29,252 bases of DNA from Parcubacteria group bacterium (GTDB lineage: Bacteria > Patescibacteriota > Minisyncoccia > Phycocordibacterales > UBA12088). The DNA is taken from the NCBI GenBank assembly GCA_021731325.1, contig JAKFXP010000086.1, positions 1 to 29,252 of the forward strand, in the 5' to 3' direction. The position numbers and the translations under genes are program-made. Positions 26,733 through 29,252 of this stretch are shown here, in pieces; within the stretch, counting starts at the first letter, position 1; each line of letters starts with the position of its first letter. The notes beneath the pieces were generated by a model. That model saw only the letters and a program-made list of their open reading frames with translations. It did not search any database and was not told the DNA's origin.

Positions 26733-27161
26733 ATGTCAGATGAAGAAATAAAGGTAGACGCAGTCACTGAGGCAGATGCTCCAGTTGAAGTCCCTTCAAA
26801 ATTCGCGGCTCTCGTGACTCAGGTAGAGACTATGAGCGTTCTTGAGCTCCACGAGCTCGTAAAGCTCCTTGAGAAGAAATTCGGTGTCTCAGCGGCTGCG
26901 GTGGCTGTTGCAGGCCCTGCCGCAGGCCCAGCAAGTGATGAGGAGGAAAAGTCTTCCTTCACCGTTGAGCTTACGGACGCGGGTTCAGCAAAAATCGCGG
27001 TGATTAAGGCGATTAAAGAGCTTTTGGGTCTTGGACTCAAAGAGGCAAAAGACATGGTGGACGGTGTCCCCTCAGCCATTAAGGAAAACGTTGCAAAAGA
27101 GGAGGCAGAAGCTATTAAAAAGCAAATCGAGGACGCAGGGGGTAAGGTTACTCTTAAGTAA
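26733..27161 (+). CDS. rplL: 50S ribosomal protein L7/L12
   Basis: [56 protein letters not shown]. Confidence 0.98.
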   Translation: MSDEEIKVDAVTEADAPVEVPSKFAALVTQVETMSVLELHELVKLLEKKFGVSAAAVAVAGPAAGPASDEEEKSSFTVELTDAGSAKIAVIKAIKELLGLGLKEAKDMVDGVPSAIKENVAKEEAEAIKKQIEDAGGKVTLK

Positions 27162-27177
27162 TCTCTATCGACTGCAA

Positions 27178-27215
27178 TACAACAACACCCGCATCTTGAT
27201 GCGGGTGTTGTTGTA
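27178..27215 (+). terminator. Long perfect hairpin after rplL
   Basis: TACAACAACACCCGCATC-TT-GATGCGGGTGTTGTTGTA, an 18-bp perfect inverted repeat. Confidence 0.7.
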
Positions 27216-27291
27216 TATATTTGCGGTGTACCCATGAGAGTACCACACGTCAACTGTTCAAGGTTGGTATTGGGCGGTACAATCTTCGGGT

Positions 27292-27906
27292 ATGGAGTTT
27301 TTGAGTAAGTTATTGGGGTCACCGGCACGGGTCAAGATGCTCCGGTTATTTGTATTTAACCCAGAACGTATCCTTGATCGTGAGTTGGTTGTCCAAGCGG
27401 CGCGCGTTACCCCAGCCACGGCAACCAAGGAGTTGATGGCGCTTGCCCGGGCTGATCTTGTAGTACGAAAAACCTTTTATAAGGATCCGATATTACGAGC
27501 AGGGAGCAAGGTGATGAAAAAGCGCAAAAGTATCGGATGGGTACTCAATCAACAATATGCCCATATTGTGCCCCTTCGTCGTTTTTTACGTGACACGCTC
27601 TCCGTATCGTATACGGACGTACGCAAGCGCCTGAAAGGGGTGGGGACTATACGCCTCCTCGTCCTCTCTGGTTTTTTGATTGGGGAAAAAGATGCCGGAC
27701 TCGACATACTTATTGTAGGCAATAAACTCAATGAGCAAGAGATTAAGATCGTCATCCGATCACTTGAAGCAGAATTTGGGATTGAGTTGCGCTATGCGGT
27801 TATGTCAGTCGATGACTACCAGTTTAGGCGTCGGGTACGGGACAAATTGGTACGAGATGTTATGGATTTTCCGCATGAGGCTTTAATTGACCAGATTGTT
27901 GAGTGA
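27292..27906 (+). CDS. wHTH + minimal nucleotidyltransferase-like fold protein
   Basis: N-terminal LLGSPARVKMLRLF HTH; C-terminal LLVLSGFL..GLDILIVG..ELRYAVMSVDDYQFR resembles Pol-beta-like minimal NTases. Confidence 0.6.
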   Translation: MEFLSKLLGSPARVKMLRLFVFNPERILDRELVVQAARVTPATATKELMALARADLVVRKTFYKDPILRAGSKVMKKRKSIGWVLNQQYAHIVPLRRFLRDTLSVSYTDVRKRLKGVGTIRLLVLSGFLIGEKDAGLDILIVGNKLNEQEIKIVIRSLEAEFGIELRYAVMSVDDYQFRRRVRDKLVRDVMDFPHEALIDQIVE

Positions 27907-27944
27907 GGGGGCGGTGCGGTGAGTTCTCCCCAGAAACCCCCCAT

Positions 27945-27972
27945 TTGACATACTTTTTTATCCGTATATACT
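27945..27972 (+). promoter_or_regulatory. rRNA promoter
   Basis: TTGACA-N16-TATACT, near consensus, upstream of the 23S gene. Confidence 0.75.
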
Positions 27973-28353
27973 ACTGTCACTGTAATGGTATGAAAGGTCT
28001 TATTATACAAACGCTCAAGCGGATCGGATAGTCGGGATATAGAGATACCCCAACCACCGAGCCGCCACAAGCGGTTTTTGCTTCACCAATTTGTTTGTTT
28101 TTCTGGGCAGTACTTCAAGAGGAGTGTTGAAACAGGGATGCAAAGATAGTTACGGAAGCTGAACCGAACTTTGACAAATGAATAAGTGGGTACATTCTTA
28201 CGAGTATGTTGCTCGTAAGAATAATCGAACACCATACCGGAGATTTCGACGGTCTCTAGTATGGTGATACACAGCTCTGGTAAGCGTTAGCGTTTATGCG
28301 CACCAGACAAAAACAACACTACCTAACATCTCAATCACGTGTTAGGTAGAAGC

Positions 28354-29252
<899 letters not shown>

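Noticed and set aside
27906-27906. Alternative genetic code 25 (UGA = Gly)
   Set aside because: All long genes are intact under code 11 with no internal TGA, and TGA ends the 27292-27906 ORF plausibly.
27980-28350. tRNA in the rRNA leader
   Set aside because: No cloverleaf or T-loop GTTCRA motif seen.

Overview
Ordinary genetic code 11 bacterial chromosome segment. Gene content, compact spacing, a 23S rRNA with no 16S directly upstream, and an S-layer-like gene suggest a Patescibacteria/CPR (Parcubacteria-like) genome; this is an inference. The housekeeping backbone is ileS (5'-truncated), recO, glyQS, an AI-2E exporter, metG, tatD, rpsF-ssb-rpsR, efp, recA, ftsK, rplJ-rplL with an L10 leader, and the 5' part of 23S rRNA. 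Most interesting: (1) a winged-HTH gene divergent from ftsK whose own DNA carries a dense array of RRGACA/AAGGACA motifs in two reading frames, a candidate self-binding iteron- or centromere-like system; (2) two apparent pseudo-enzymes, an aspartokinase-like protein with substituted catalytic motifs and an ACP-like protein lacking the phosphopantetheine Ser; (3) an orphan protein built of ~38-aa tandem repeats; (4) a 1054-aa surface protein with a second, internal signal-peptide-like segment (possible polyprotein); (5) a RAYT/Y1 transposase bracketed by a 21-bp palindrome; (6) a long structured, boxA-containing leader before the S-layer-like gene; (7) repeated leaderless-type promoters; (8) an EF-P with Met at the normally modified position. 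No CRISPR array or tRNA was seen. All calls come from reading motifs by eye; no database search was run.
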